Shown: positions 12,335-27,200 of the stretch, in pieces
Numbering within the stretch: the stretch's first letter is position 1
How the letters are laid out: the number at the start of each line of letters is the position of its first letter
NCBI GenBank assembly: GCA_030141605.1
Contig: JAQGDQ010001073.1
Location: forward strand, 1 to 64,000
Length of the DNA stretch: 64,000 bases
Source of the DNA: Tubiluchus corallicola
Taxonomy: Eukaryota > Animalia > Priapulida
Reading direction: 5' to 3'
Translations under genes and position numbers: made by a program
The notes under the pieces: model-generated
The model's input: the letters and a program-made list of their open reading frames with translations, nothing else
What the model was told of the DNA's origin: nothing
Database searches by the model: none

Positions 12335-12727
12335 TTATAAACTGGTTTCCTTTTAAACAGGTCATGTGACCAGTCTTTTACCTGTACACTTACCTGTAGA
12401 TTGGAGTAACTCAGGCGTTCACATACTGCAGTGACAAATTGTTTAGCGTCATTCATTGATTCGTTGTTATAATTTCATAATTACACTTATAGAAGATCAC
12501 CATGTAAGTTGATTTATTAATTTCTTAAATCTTGAACCTTTGTTTATTAAAAAAAACTAAAGATTAGATTTTATAATTTGCGTAAAACTTTGTTAAGATC
12601 AATTTGGTTTAGATTTCGCCGTAAAATTTGAGCAAATTATATAAAATTATCTTATTTGTTTTCAGATTAAACGATACAAGCTACACAATTATGTTGTTGG
12701 AGTTTTTTTTTAAGAAGGTAGCACATA
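12335..12727 (-). repeat. ~390-bp duplicated segment, inverted relative to 29770-30150
   Basis: Shared GTCATGTGACCAGTCTTTTACCTGTACACTTACCTGTAGATTGGAG...CTACACAATTATGTTGTTGGAG...AAGAAGGTAGCACA. Confidence 0.9.
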
Positions 12728-15247
12728 TTTAGTTGAAACGTAGGGTTATAATAATCTTTGTTATGTCGCGTAATTAGTTTTTAGTAATTAGTAATACAGT
12801 AGGCGAGAAAAGTCTCATAGCAGGCTTGTGTTGTCTGTTGAATTTAAAGGCTGACTTTGAATAAAGGTTATAATAATAATAATAATAATTATCATTATTG
12901 TTATTATTATTATTAGTAGTAGTAGTAGTAGTAGTAGTTCGAGATAAACGAAATATTTGCAAAAGCCTCTGAAAACATGTGTTCCAATTTTAAACAGATT
13001 TTTACTTAGTTAATTCGTAATTAATAGTAACCCCTTTTTGAACATCTTAAAGAAATGGTATTGCAATAAACGGTCTATAAGGCTTAGACTAGGCTGATTA
13101 AATTCAATGAAAGCTGAAACAGCTACTTCTACAGCTAAGGAGAAACACAGGAAGAGCTAATGGTCAAGGCAACAAGCTACCATTAATGATGAACCATGAT
13201 TAAGACTGGTAAGTCTAAAAAGCGTATTGCACGCCACTGCAGACAAGGCGAAGAGACAAAACAGGGGACCACAGAAAAGCACAGTAGGGCAAATTTGCAA
13301 TTAATTAATTAATGCGATCAGGTAGGATCAAACAATATGCAGAGAGATTCGCAACAGACAAGCAGTTTTGGGAAAACTGGACTTGAAGCCAAATCACTTT
13401 CTCAACTACAACTCAAAATGAGTGAAGTTTTCAAAATGAATGAAGGTTTCAAAATGAGAAACGTTTTTGGTGAGATGTTTGGCTGCACATTGTCAACGCT
13501 TTTATAAGAAAATAATTTTTCCGTATGATATAGCAAGGGCTATACATGCTCAAATACTGCATGGCACATATGTGTCATGCATTAAAACGCTTTTTACATT
13601 CAATTCACTTAAGTTGAACCAGTGAAAGCCAGAATGTTGTAAAACAGAAAGGTAACTATAATGTTTTTCAAAATAAAAGTACTTTTATAAATTCAGCACA
13701 AAAATATATACATTTCTTTTATACATATACTAAAACAAAGAAAACACATTAGCAAGGTATTATTAGCAAGGATATATGGTGAAAGAAGAATTTCACTGCA
13801 CAATGTTGCCTTATTTATACATCCAAAAACAAAAATATATTATGAATATGCACAACAAAAATAAAGTTATAAAATTATGTAAATGCTTTAACATGTAAAG
13901 TATTTTCTTGTACATAACATAAATAATTGTGAGTGAGAACATCAAGACGTAAACCATGTCACTACTATTACTGGATGCAATTGCAGCTGTGATAATGAAA
14001 ATACAGACACTTCATTACAAATTTTCATTATCCTAATTTCTGAAGAATTTGCTAGATTTTTGAACAACGCTTATTTAACAAACATTAGGCAATATAGAGT
14101 ATTTCCGTGACATAAATTTTCACGTAAACTTTTCACTTTCATTATTACACGCATTTGTTACAGCTATAAATAAGGATGCCTATGTCGTAACTATTTTTTT
14201 TCTAATTTAGCAAGCACATTTCAATTTCACAGGGTAATAATAATGGTTTTAGTACAAGTTGAGCACTTTGTATGCTACTATTCTGGTCTGTCAAAGAATG
14301 TGTCACAATTGTAGCATAGAAGTAACAGAAACAAAGCATAATAAAATTGCAGACTACTACTCCAGTAAGTATTTACTTGAAGAGAAATAGGGTGCCATAC
14401 AGGAATCTGTTATAAATGCAGCACAGAAAGTTATTATGAAAGCACCAGCATGCATGGCTGCACAATACAAAACTTCATAGAATTGTGACTACATTGACTA
14501 ATTTGCCCCGCAAATCTTTTCAGCAAATTTAACTGTGCAATTCAAAATTAAAACTTTACAGTGACTTGTGATAAAATCAACATCAATAGTTGTAAATGTC
14601 AACACAATCACTGTGGCTGGGTTTTGTTCACAATGAATCAAGTACCAATAGGCTGCAGCAGTCATCCTTTCAGGCAATCTGTTCTGGTTTTAAAAATTCT
14701 ACCAGAAGGTCAAACTTTTTTGCCATTGGATCCACCCAAATTGAAACAGGTAAACTAAATATTTTTGTACAAAGAAACAGGAATATTAGCAAGTAATGGT
14801 CTAATTTTGAAATCTATTGAAATTAATAAAGGGCAGAGCTTATTTCCTTATAAACAATTTATCAGTTTTCTCTGCCAAAACAGTAATAAAATTTGGTATA
14901 CGAACTCCTTGTTTTTTTTCATTGAAAACTATGCACTAGTCCAGCCTCCATTTACTGAATATTGTGTATACTTTACACAGTTAAAAAGTAAAAACATGAC
15001 AAGGAATGTGAGTTGCAAATCCAAAACTTGCCAGCTGAGTGATAAGTAACAGAAACCGTTTGAGGAACAGGATCAATGTGTTCCTCAGTCATTTTTCATT
15101 CCATAATAAAACTAAGAGAGTAACGTAAAAGCTAGCGGAATGAAAAGTCATCAAAAATTTTTGACAACGTTGTATTCACAGATGACACATTTCTTGACAT
15201 TTTGCAATTCTAACTGTCACATGACTTCACGAGGTGGAATTTTCTTA

Positions 15248-18200
15248 CTATTTCCAAAGCCACATTTCATCACCCAGCAGCTCAGCTAAATCTTTGTTAA
15301 ATGAAGAATAGAAATCGTCAAGTAACAGCCTGGTAGAATTCAACAAATTCACCTTCCTTCTGAACTTGTTTGCTCTTACTGTCTGCACATTGTTATCTAA
15401 AAAACAGAAATTTTATAAAATGTGTTTGCTGAGATCCACCAGTTGCTATGAATACCTGTGAGTCAGAAAAGTTTTGGTAAGTCAAAACAACAGGTAATGT
15501 GGATAGGTTGTCCAGGTTGCAAACAAAGAGCTTTCTACAGGATAAAATATAACCGTTGCAAGGATTCGAGTTGTACACAACCATTTCTTACATTAAAGTA
15601 TTGTTGGATAAGCCTTTACACAGTTCCAGCGATTGATGACGATCGTGAAAAGGTCAAAGGTTAATTGTATCACACAACGAATTTGTTTACACTTGACAAC
15701 GCCTGCCCATGTTATTGTAATAGTAACAGTTTTAACAGGTAGCTGGAACCTTACCTAGTTCATTTTTTCTTGTTCCCAAGCAATATCCTGCTAGTAAATC
15801 ATTCTATGCACAGACTAATGCATGTCAAGTAAAGTCCACGTAAAACAACTGAAGTTACTGAAAATTGGTTCAGTAGGCTTTGGTTTATACACTTGTCAAG
15901 TGACGGATGTACTTAAGGTGCGTTGCTGTGATACACTTAACCTTTGACCTACAGTAAGTGCGCTTGCGCATAAAGAAACTGTGAAAAGGCTTATTAGTTA
16001 GTATTCTTTCTTATGTAGCTTGGAAGCCTCGCGTCTCGCACAACCGGAGACTTAAAGAGATCAGAGCCAAAATCAAGGTCCTCCAACACATCTTGTAGAT
16101 GTCTCATAAGCTTCTCTTTTGAATACCCATTAAATTGATAGTTATGGTCTGGGATCATTTTAGCTCCCACTCTGCCCTTCACCACAGTTTCTATATCTAT
16201 ATTCATCGGTGTGGAAGTCGAGTGAGTTTCCAGACCCCATCTGCTCCCATTACACCTCTCAAGACTGCTGGCTCATGATACTGAGACAAACGAATATGGA
16301 ATATGGAGGGCTTCAAAAATCCATTATTGATTCAGCAATACTGTATTTTGATGTTTTACATTGTTCCGCGATATTTTTGTACAATCTGTTATATTTCATC
16401 TTGTACAAGATGGCAAGCTGGTGTTTCTACAAAACAGGATAGTTTTGGATAGTAACTTTAGTTGGGTAAAACATGCTAACGTTCCCGCATCTCGTAACTT
16501 ATTTTACAATAGCAAGATCACGTGTTACGGCATAGTGCAACAAATACGACATAACACCTTTAGTGTAAAGGAAAGATAAAAATGCCTATAAAAAGGAAAA
16601 TATTCAAACGAATTAAATGTGCGCATTTTTGTTCATTTGTAACAGAAGTTTTCATTTTATACGTGCAGCAAAACTTTGTATTGACCTGATATCGTTTTCA
16701 CCTTTTAGTTCCAAAAACTTGTAGATTCGCTGAATCGTGGACTGAAAGTCTTTTACTGTGTCTTCAAAGCGGAGGATCAGTATCTGATCTCTAGGAAAGA
16801 CACGCAGATAATGCCGTAGATATGCCACATAGCAACCTTTGTACATGCTACGTGCCTGTGTAGAAAAAAGAGAATCTGTCAAAAAAGAATTAAACCAGAA
16901 TGAGGTAAAAATCAAAATTTTGGGGCTTGTTCATAGCGTCTTTAACGTGACGATAGCCAAAAGTGACGCAAAGTCAGAAGAGAAGGTAACACAGGAGCGA
17001 TTCAAGACATCGAATACAGGGCATGGCAATTGGTAAGGGGGAGTGGGGGAGGTAAGACAAGCGAGACAAAGCAAGGTCAGGTAATACAACACAAACCAAG
17101 GGCAAGCAAGGCAGCCCAGCGCATGTTGAGCGTGGAAAGTAAGGCGGAACTACGATAAATGGCAAGGCAAACTAATGCAGTTGTCAAGAAACATTGTATT
17201 GAATAAACTGAATAGCCTATAAAATCAACAATGGTCAAACACACAATTGTTCCTTGTGACGTCACAGACGTCCTCGTCCGTATTAAAACTATGCTAAAGT
17301 TCATTTTGTACTCTATATAAAATATTCATTTCTGTTTTATGTTTGGGTTGGTTTTCTGCCCATCCTTTAATACCTCTCCCCTTTTCCCTGTTTGATGGCG
17401 ATCTTCCTGTCACATGTCTTTAATGGTTACAGGATAATTTTCGCGCTCCTGGAAAAGCATTGAACCGTGATTTTTTTCCTTATTGCGGCCATTACGGGTT
17501 TTTAAGCTGCGTAGGAAGCACACGTTTTGTGGCAGCAAGTTTGAGATCTCATAACTTTTGAGATCTCATAATGAGTTCGCTAGTTTTGGTGTTCTCAGTG
17601 TAATCAAATTTCTCTGAGAGGAAACCAGACGGTTCCTAGGCAGTGTTACTAGTATGCAGGAAACTTCGTCGTGTTCGTAATCTGGCCACGTAGATCATGA
17701 CGGTTGTTGGGTGGAGTTTGAAACTGCCTAAGGAGGTTGCCTAGTTGAAGACTGGGAACGAGAAACTTTTCTCCTTTCCTCCGTCATTTGCTGACTCCTA
17801 CAGTATAGGAGTAAACGGAGACGTTTCGAGACCCTGGATCCTTGTTTCTAACACTCTGGTGGTGGAGTCTGCAATGCGTGAGCCCCAGCAGTGTGGTTTC
17901 TTGATTCTTGAGATGTGATCCTGGATAACTGGACCCACGGTATCACGACCTGAGGCTAGCCCATTGGTACAGCTGCAGCGACAATGGAACTCTTTGGTAA
18001 TTATCCTCTCCTCTCTTCCTATTATACCTGGGATGGGGTTAACTGAATTCTTTCGTTATATGTATGTATGTAAGTGATTTGTAGAAATATTATTTTTGAA
18101 ATTGCCACTAAATAATTTTTACACTTTTTTTTATAAAAAAAGCAATAACGTTTGTTTGTCCTCCTGTTCGTCCTCGTCATTTCTAAGTACAAATTATAAT

Positions 18201-21200
18201 GGCCTAAAATAGCATCAGTTTTAATCAAACTACTAGGACCCTCGTTAAAAAAGTCTGGATAAAAACCCCTTGCCTTAAAAAATTAGTATTAAAAATTGTT
18301 TTTATCCACATGTGATGAACTCTGGCGTGCTCGGATAAAGTAAAAGGCAACCCCTATTTTGCATTCCTGACAAAACTATTTATTCTTTTATACAATACAC
18401 CATAGAGAGTCAAAAATGGTGCCAGTGGTCGTCACATTCCTTAAAAGGAACGATATAAACGAACGAATTAATGCACAAATGAATTATGAAAAAGTGAGTG
18501 AAAACAAACGAAGAGGTACGAATAAAGGTCCGAATAACATAAAAAATTAATAATAAATTAACAAATGAATAAACAAATATGGTAAATAAACAAGTAAATA
18601 AATTGCTGACACATTACTTTTTGCAAGGCTACTGCGTTTTCATGTTGTTACGGAGGCACCTGTGTCGGGTCAGGTATAGGGCCCTCTGCACGCCCTTTCT
18701 TGTAGGTCCAGACGTCTTGTTTGGGCCGACACGTGGTGTGAGAAGCCAGCTGACCTGGAATGCCAGTATAAAAGCGTGTAGAGGTCACTACAGCCTTGAT
18801 TTCTGACACAGGTGCTCCTCGGCTTAGTATGTGTGTGTATCTGTTGCTTACTTAAGTTAGTGTTTTTCTAGTGTTGTGTGTGCTAGATGACTTGTTACAA
18901 AAGGTATATGCAGTAGTTCATATACAGTTCATTACTAATTTAGATAACATTTTGTAATTAAGAGAATTTCATTAGTTAAATAAATACAGTAGAGAACAAC
19001 TATACAAAATGAACCAACATAATACGGAATTTAAAGACCACCATGCTATCCTGGAAATCGACTCACTGAGTCTCGAACCAAGTCGAATTCAGTACAATAT
19101 AACATAATTTCATATTCGCGTAATGATTTCATAAATAACCTTTTGCAGAAATACCTGAAATCTAAAATCTTCATTATAGACGCATGGGTATTTCTCGAAA
19201 CTGTCCGGCTTCATTATCTTGGTGCAATTGCGATAAGCGGCAATTCCCTTTTCAATGTCTTCATGAATTTTTTGTGGAGTGATGGAATCCTGAGCCAAGT
19301 CGCTGCGATACCATGAAATGAGTCTATGTGAAGTGAATGGGATGATTACAAACAGACAAAAAATCTAAACGAGTTGAAAACGTTATTCTTTTATAGTCCT
19401 GAATTTTCTAATGCAAACTGAATAGAAGCCTACAATCGAACACAGGGTAGTTGATAATTTGTCTTGGAACAACACAGAGGAAATACGAGGTTCATCTTCC
19501 ATCTCAACAGATACAAGCCTGCCTATGCCATGCTGACACACCCAACACATTCAAGAAGCTATTCCTACCAAATACCCAATAGACTTTTAAAGGCCACACT
19601 TTGGATTATTTAATAAAAATCTGAAAAATTCCACAATTTAAACGAAAGACACAGCATCAAACCTTGATGTACAAACCTAATGGTACAACATGAATATACA
19701 TGAACACAAATTTAAGATAGGGTTAGGGTTTGGGTTAGGGCTACACATATAGTATTTAGTTTACATGCGTGATGTTAGTTATATATAGAGATCGTTTATT
19801 TTCAATTTATAATAATTACATTCGGGAACTGAAACATTTTAAAACAAAATTACAAGCAATTTGGAGAATTTCTGAATCGTTTGAGCCTAGCAGTGATTTT
19901 AGTTCATCATCATCTAATCAGTAGGTAAAGTTTGGATATATAGAGCTAATTTCCGTATTAAGGGTAATTCTTAGTTGTTCGTATCTACTACAGTGCAAGA
20001 GCAAATGTGCTTCATCTTCTATTCCTTGTTTGTTTGTGTCGCGTTGTATACAGTGTCTTTCATTGACTGGGACATCATTAGGTTTATGATGTCTACCGGT
20101 TTCTATTGCAAGTGAGTGGGAACTAATACGTAGTTTTGTGAAAGCAATTTTAGCATTGTGAGTTACAGTGTTAATTTGTAAGGGATTTTCTAATTCGTAG
20201 CGTTCTTTAACTTTGCAGTAGGTTCTTAATTTCTTTACATCGTTGTTATTAGTGCTGTGTGTTTTTTTAATTTCTTCCTTCCATTTTTTAAGATATTGTA
20301 TTGGAGTTTCTGTTTAACACTGTATAGTAACCGTTTGTTGCTTACAGTTCATTGGTTTCCCCATGAATGATAGAAACAAATAAGATCGAACTTATGCTTT
20401 TCTTCCGTAAATCCAATGCTCCTCAATATCCTACTCTATATTTATCTAATACTCCACTGAAAACAGTAAATGTTCACAAGCACTTAGTTATCCATCTTAC
20501 ATCTGATCTGAACTGGAACTATCACGTCTCAAAAATTGTAGACAAAGTAATTTAAGCTAAACAACTTTCGACGCGTGTCAGTTAATATGCCCAGAGCTAC
20601 GCGCGAACGATGATTCATTACGACTAATCTACAGGCTATTGAATATGGCAACGTAGTATAGTCAGGATGCAGTGAAAACAGTATACGTTTGTTAGAAAAT
20701 ATTCAGCAATCTGCTGCTAGAATCTGTTCTGGCGCTATGTTTCGATCTTCCCCTGCAAGTATCTTGTCTGACAGCGGCTTCACTGAATTAGTGACACGCT
20801 TCCATTATCATCGCCTATGTCTTTTTTTCAAAATAATCAATGACTTAGTGCCCCACTATTTAAGTGCAATTCTGCCGCCAAAGGTAAACGAAGTTACCCC
20901 ATATTATATACGCAGTGGTACTAAATACAGAAATTTTAATTGCCGTTCTGTTAGCTGTGAAAAATCATTTTTCATATCGGCAATTAACATGTGGAACAAC
21001 TTGCCAAAGAACATTCGTGAAATTACATCCATTTCACAATTCAAACAAGAGCTCAAATCTCATTTAGGTTTTTCACTACGTAAGAAGCATTTTTCATTTG
21101 GTAAACCTCCAATTTCAGTGAATCATGCGCGCATGAGAATCGGATTTTCTCAGCTGAAATATGGCTTTTGGCTGTAAAGATAATAACGGTCATCCAATAT

Positions 21201-24200
21201 TGCCGAATTGTAACTGTGGATTTCGATTTGAGTCTGTTGAACACTTTTTGTAGCACTGCCCATTGTATCAACAAACTAGGGTTATTGTAAATGTTGTTGC
21301 AAATAGTGTATATAGTTTGATGTGGTGAGGATCCTAAATCATGTTGTTCAAACTGTCTGATCCAATCCTATAATAAATTGTGTTAAAACTAAGTGCTTGA
21401 GTTTCTAGACCATCAACGCATCCTCGATAAGCGGCATGAAACTGCTTTAATAATCCCCGTTTACCACGGCTGTAGCATTTCTATTAGGTTCTGAAAGTTT
21501 GGGGTTTGTATTAGAATTATGTCGTCAAAGTGCCCGCATACCCGACTTTGCCACTGAATTCAATGACTACTTTTTCTTGAAACACAATAATTATTGTGCA
21601 CAATTCCATCAAACTTGTAGGTGACTATAAAGTCACCTTCTTTAAGGTGACCATTATGTGTGTGTGATATTGTTTTATATTCCTTTTATACGTGATATTG
21701 TTCAACCACTTAACAGTTACAGAATCGATTTGTTAAATTTTACCACAGTTGCTTACATATAGCGAAAATCATATTGCCAATTTCTTTGCACAAAATTCTC
21801 GATTTTATGAATCTTCTATGATAAGTTATAATTTGTTATCTATTTGTAATAAGTTCAAAACTTTTTACACAAATGAAAATTTTTTCTAAAGTTTTTACCG
21901 TTCATTAGATGTAAGAAGTAATGCTAGCAAAGAACAAATACGGATTGTAAATTTCATTAAGGAAGTTATATGGGCTCTAGAACATAATTGTTTTGATCTT
22001 TTTGACAGGAATGAGTTGTACGCCATAGTAACATATTTTACTCTCACTTAGTTGTATATATTCGCGTTGCTTACTAATCTTGTTAATTAATGTTATTTTG
22101 CTTGTTGATCTCTTTGTTTATTTGATATGATTGTACCAAGAGTACGAATAAAAATTATATATAAATAGGTTCATACCTATCAGTTGGATTTCGCAAAGTG
22201 ACAATAAGCCTTGCAGATGGGGTTAACCAGTGCATGTCATCAGCTATGTATTGATACGCGCTATGAGCATCTACACCGTCAAGATAGTTCGGTGTAAAAT
22301 CTCCTGCAATTTAAAATCAGCAAAATCAAAGTTCTCGTAATCATTATGCAATTTTGAGGCATCATTCTGTATTAGCAGTCGAAATTCGACTCTCAAGTCT
22401 CCTCCTGAGGATTCCAAAAAACCTGTATTTGTATTTGTCGTTTTGTATTCCTTACTCCTTTCATAACATATTCCTTGCAAAATATTATAACTATACGTAT
22501 GCAAAATTTCTCTCCATTAACACAAACCATTTTATAATTACTAATTACACGTCTGCAAAAATGAGAATATAATCACCTCTCAAAAAACTAAACTATGATG
22601 TGTGAACCTGCTCCCATGACCTTCTTTCTCCAAACAATTTTTTTAGCGCTATCCTGTTCTTACTGACCTATCTAACTTTTCCTTTTTCACATTTATTACA
22701 TCATTCTTTTCTCTCTAGTACAAACTACCTTACTAACAATTGCTATGTGCCACTTAGCTGGTCGGCCGCTGCTTAGCGATATACTTCAGTACAACCTAAA
22801 GACATGTGCTCGCACTTAGCATAACCACTTTGGTTATCGCATTTCAAGGACCAATTTTTACATTGGTTTTCATAGGCAAAATCTGCTGCTTCCATGTGCT
22901 GTGCGGCCACTTTAAGAAAAAGCCAAAACATTAAGTTCATTTACCTTAGATAATAAACGTCAAAAAAGAATCTTACATGACTAATACCACTTACTACGAA
23001 GTCGAACGTTAGTACTGCATAATGAGATAATTATTGCGCTTGCGTCACTATAAGGTCGCCCTAAGGTCGCCAAAAGAATTGCTGGGCTCCAGGGCAAAAG
23101 GAAACTTGGACTCCTCCTCCAATTCTTCAAATAATGATACTCCACAATTGCAGAGAAGTAGATAAGGTGATACAAACTTAGATTTTCAGTATTTTTCTAA
23201 CATTTTAAAGAAGATTTGATAATAGAATATATAAGACCAATACATTTAGTGTTTATTTTTAAAAAAAACAAAAAATTGATATTTGACAGAATTTTTGGTG
23301 CAATCTACTTTGAAGCAGGAAACACTAGTTTTCACCTGCCGATTTATGGTCAGTTTTGATTTGCAAGCACACATTTTATCTTGTGTACATTGGTCAAGGT
23401 ACACCGTCGTTTGGTTTGTGGGCCCCAGCGCAACTCATGGACCCCAGGCGCCGCCCCGGCTGACCACCTTTTTAGTGGGTCTGGTCACTATAATGCCTCA
23501 TTTACACCTATCTAGTCAGGGTTGTCCACTGGTAGGGAAAGTCCACGGGCTTTTACATAGTGTTGAAAAACAATTAAATTAACATACGGGTACCTATACT
23601 GTTGATGACACAAAAAAGATCTAAACACTTTATAATCTGTAAATGATACTAAAGTATATTAGCAATATGCAGCTTCTAATTTGAGTCAAGCAAGGAACAA
23701 ATAAGTTTTTGCATTTTTAAATGTTTAGCATGTTTTACAGTGTAATATTTATTAAAACAAATTAAATTTGAACGTTTCGCTAATGTTTATTAGCATTTTC
23801 GGCTAATTTTGATTAAGTTTCCAGCCACTAAAATCAATTTATTAAGGAATTTAAATAATTTTCACACAATTGACGCACATTACCTTCAGGCTAATAAACT
23901 ATTTACAGTCTGTTTTGTTTAGCAAAATGTTTCTTCTGGGTGGCTGAGTTACATTATTTACATCAGGTTTGTCATTTTAAAAACAGTTACAGACAAGTGG
24001 TTAGTTGTATCATTGGTAAGAATACCCAAAAATATTCCCAGAAAGCTCTGGTTATTTCACTGGCTTTGGAAAAACTTTAGGAATACGAATTGGCTTATTT
24101 ATCAAATCATTCGACAAGAGCAAAATATATGCGGCGTTTTGACTGTTGCGTGTTCGCTATGATGTCACTGGTTTACGATCATAACCTATATGTACCTCTC

Positions 24201-27200
24201 ATTTTTGCAGTAATCAAAAATAAACTGTAATTTTTCATCCAAGATATACAACTTATAACGCGGAACATGGTAGATACACGTGTTCTTATCCTAGAGGAAG
24301 TTTCCAAAAGTCTCTGGGGAAACTGATGCCGTTTAATCAGTGAATCAAGGAATGCATTGCTTTGTGAATTTCGTTGTGATGCACTTCCTGTAATATTAGG
24401 TGTAGCATTAAGTCATAAAGCGAGGCTTGCCTGCTTTAGGTTAGACACATCCATCAAATACAACGATTCTCTGACACGATTTCGCTCAGTACAATTATTA
24501 AGATGAAAAGATGTGCAACTTATTTTTCTAGCATACCTGTGAAGTTGGTGTGAAATGAATCTTCCACATTCTTCTGTTTTTCTATTTCTTTGCTCGCGTG
24601 TTCAAAAACATTCAAATATTGCTCAAAACTTGTTTTCCCATGACCTGAATCTGTTCAAATAAAAAAGTAAAGTTTCAAGAAAGACAGGATTATTTTTCAT
24701 ATACTACCCCATTTTCAAATCCGATAAAAACTATATATTTTAACAAAAGTAATACTGCAAAAGTGTTTCTGATAATAAAATAATTGATTAAAATCTTAAT
24801 TAACGGCGTGCCTAACTATTGATGACATCACAAACTAACATAATTTCCAACAGTAAAAATATTCCACGCGAGCTTTTTACACGTGTTTGCGAAAGCCAAA
24901 ATTGAAATACAGTGCTACTGCAAGATATTCAGAGTGTTGTACTAAAACTAGGTAAGTTTTAAGATTAAAATTTAAATTTCATGACCTGTCGAACGTGTGT
25001 AGTTCGTCGCAAACTAACACATCTGAACTAAAAGGTACATCACCTGTTTTTTGTGCAATGCGTTTCCGAAATGCAGGCGCTAGTGCCCGTCTAACGCAGA
25101 CGCCAAGCCCGGTGTTTAACAGGCTTTTCTTGACAAACAATTCAGGTCAAAAATAATCAAAGTTAATCTGAAACTAAATCTCGTTACGGACAAGCAGCAC
25201 TCAACAGCTCGAAATTTATCAACCATCCAAAATGTTGAAAGGAAAACGATTACCTTATTGAGAATAATTTACACTACAGAATTGTTATTTCTCAAGTCTA
25301 AATTCTTATAGTTTCCAAAGTGCAAATCGCTTATAAAATGTTCTGCTGGAAAACTGTATACAGCAGTGACGTCATTGTCAGTTCAGTACTGCAGGCTGTT
25401 AGTTAAACTATTTAATGAACGGAAGGACTTAGATACTGTGTACACTAATCATGTATATTTTACACCACAAGTGTAAATGAGGTATGGTCTGGAAAGTACT
25501 TTTTGTTAATAATATTACTAAAGTGATAAAACTCAACTTATTTGGTTTGCAGTTCGAACAGATGTTGAGTTGATGCTGATAGAAATAACTATTTTAATAT
25601 GAATTCTGAACTAAAACACGACGCACCACTTAGAACTACCATTTAATACCACTATGGCCGCAGTCCATAGACCAGTGAGTAACAAACATTGCAGAAGGTA
25701 GTTAAGCAAGCCAAATTAAGGTAAATTAACATTAGCACAATTTTCTGACAATGTGAACTTAGCGACCTAAATTAGGCAACACGGACACTAGGTAGTTTTT
25801 GAATGATGGCAGGGCATTTATTGTTTGTGGATGACTTCTTCTGTGATGCTGCCTCCAGCTACATCGCTGGTGCAGGTGTATACACGTGAACGTAGCTAAA
25901 ACCTCTAGAGTTACAGAATTCATCTTAGAGGACTATCCTTGACAACTAGCTACCTACTGGTCGTGTCACAAACACCAGTGTAACGAGTAAGCCTATTAAT
26001 ACTAAATGCGGATCTACAGATTGCCAAGCCGTATAAAAAATCACACACTACACGCGTAGTTTTGCCAGTTCTCATAATGTGGCTATGGTTACCAATGTCG
26101 TGTCTTGTCTATGTACTGTTAATCTATAGGTCTACTATAAAGAGAAACACTTTTACCTGCATAATAATTAAAAATTCTTCGTGTAAAGTTACGTTCAGGT
26201 AGAAATCCTAACTTCTTTTTCGCCATAAGCTCGTGTTCTATAAGAAAACATCATCAACATTTAAAAAAAAGCAAATGCTATTGCTCGAACGTAATATCCA
26301 TTTCCATTTCTTGGTGCAGAAACATTCTTTTGCCAACTATTGCTTGTCGTGAGCTAGTCCGAAATACACGCACGTTTTACTCGCATGTAAAATATACAGA
26401 TGAACAATAAATGTGGACATTGCTCGCATATGATGCGCTAGGATCAGTTCTTTTCTGTTTGAACATCATTTATCTTTGCCATGACATCAGTTTTATCATG
26501 AAATTTTAAAATACAGAGTAACTTTATTTTCAGTTGGCAATATAAAAACTGGCTAAACACTTATTACGTGAACGAGACCCACACCACGGCGAAGTGAACA
26601 TCTTTATAGAGTTACTATGCAAACGAGTATAACAAAAACAAGGGAAAATCACACTTTGCACAATGTAACAAAATTAACTAAAATTCATAATAATTACAAT
26701 ACATTAATACGTTTTGTAAGTCTGTACTTCTCCCACCAGTGAACCTCTTTCCCTAGACCACTTGTTATGAAATCCGGATGTTTTGCCAATATCAGGTAAA
26801 TCGAAGTTGTTCCTGATTTTTGAGCACCGATTAGGTAAACATACGGCAGACATCTCAAAAATTTCATGTTTTCTGAAACGAAAAATGAGCAGTACTATGT
26901 CATTTCCAAATTTGATTATGCTGGTTGGATTTACTATTAAGGTGCAACTAATTTTTATTTTTTATTCAACCCAGATCACAATTTTGAAACATTATAATTG
27001 CATTTATATATAAATTACATACTGATGTTTTCACCCGCACCCCCCTGGTCTGTCCTGGTTTTGTCCATTACGAAGCCTGTGCCTACTATCACCTACAAGT
27101 AGTCTAGTATGCAGAGCTTCCGCGGCAGCAACACGGGCAGGTGTGCTTACGATCTCAGCACCTGTTCCGTAAACCAATGTGAAAGATGCAGGACAAAAGT

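Noticed and set aside
16927-17950. Two GC-richer islands as solo LTRs
   Set aside because: The termini are only partly TG...CA, with no TSD or second copy; probably TE-derived but not classifiable.
19718-19741. TTAGGG-like runs here and at 50996-51020 as telomere remnants
   Set aside because: Only 3-4 degenerate units; such runs are common inside repeats.
22981-23060. 'YSDASA' as a possible CHST15 GEAS exon
   Set aside because: Wrong phase; exon 22177-22303 (GDFTPNY) joins the previous exon correctly.
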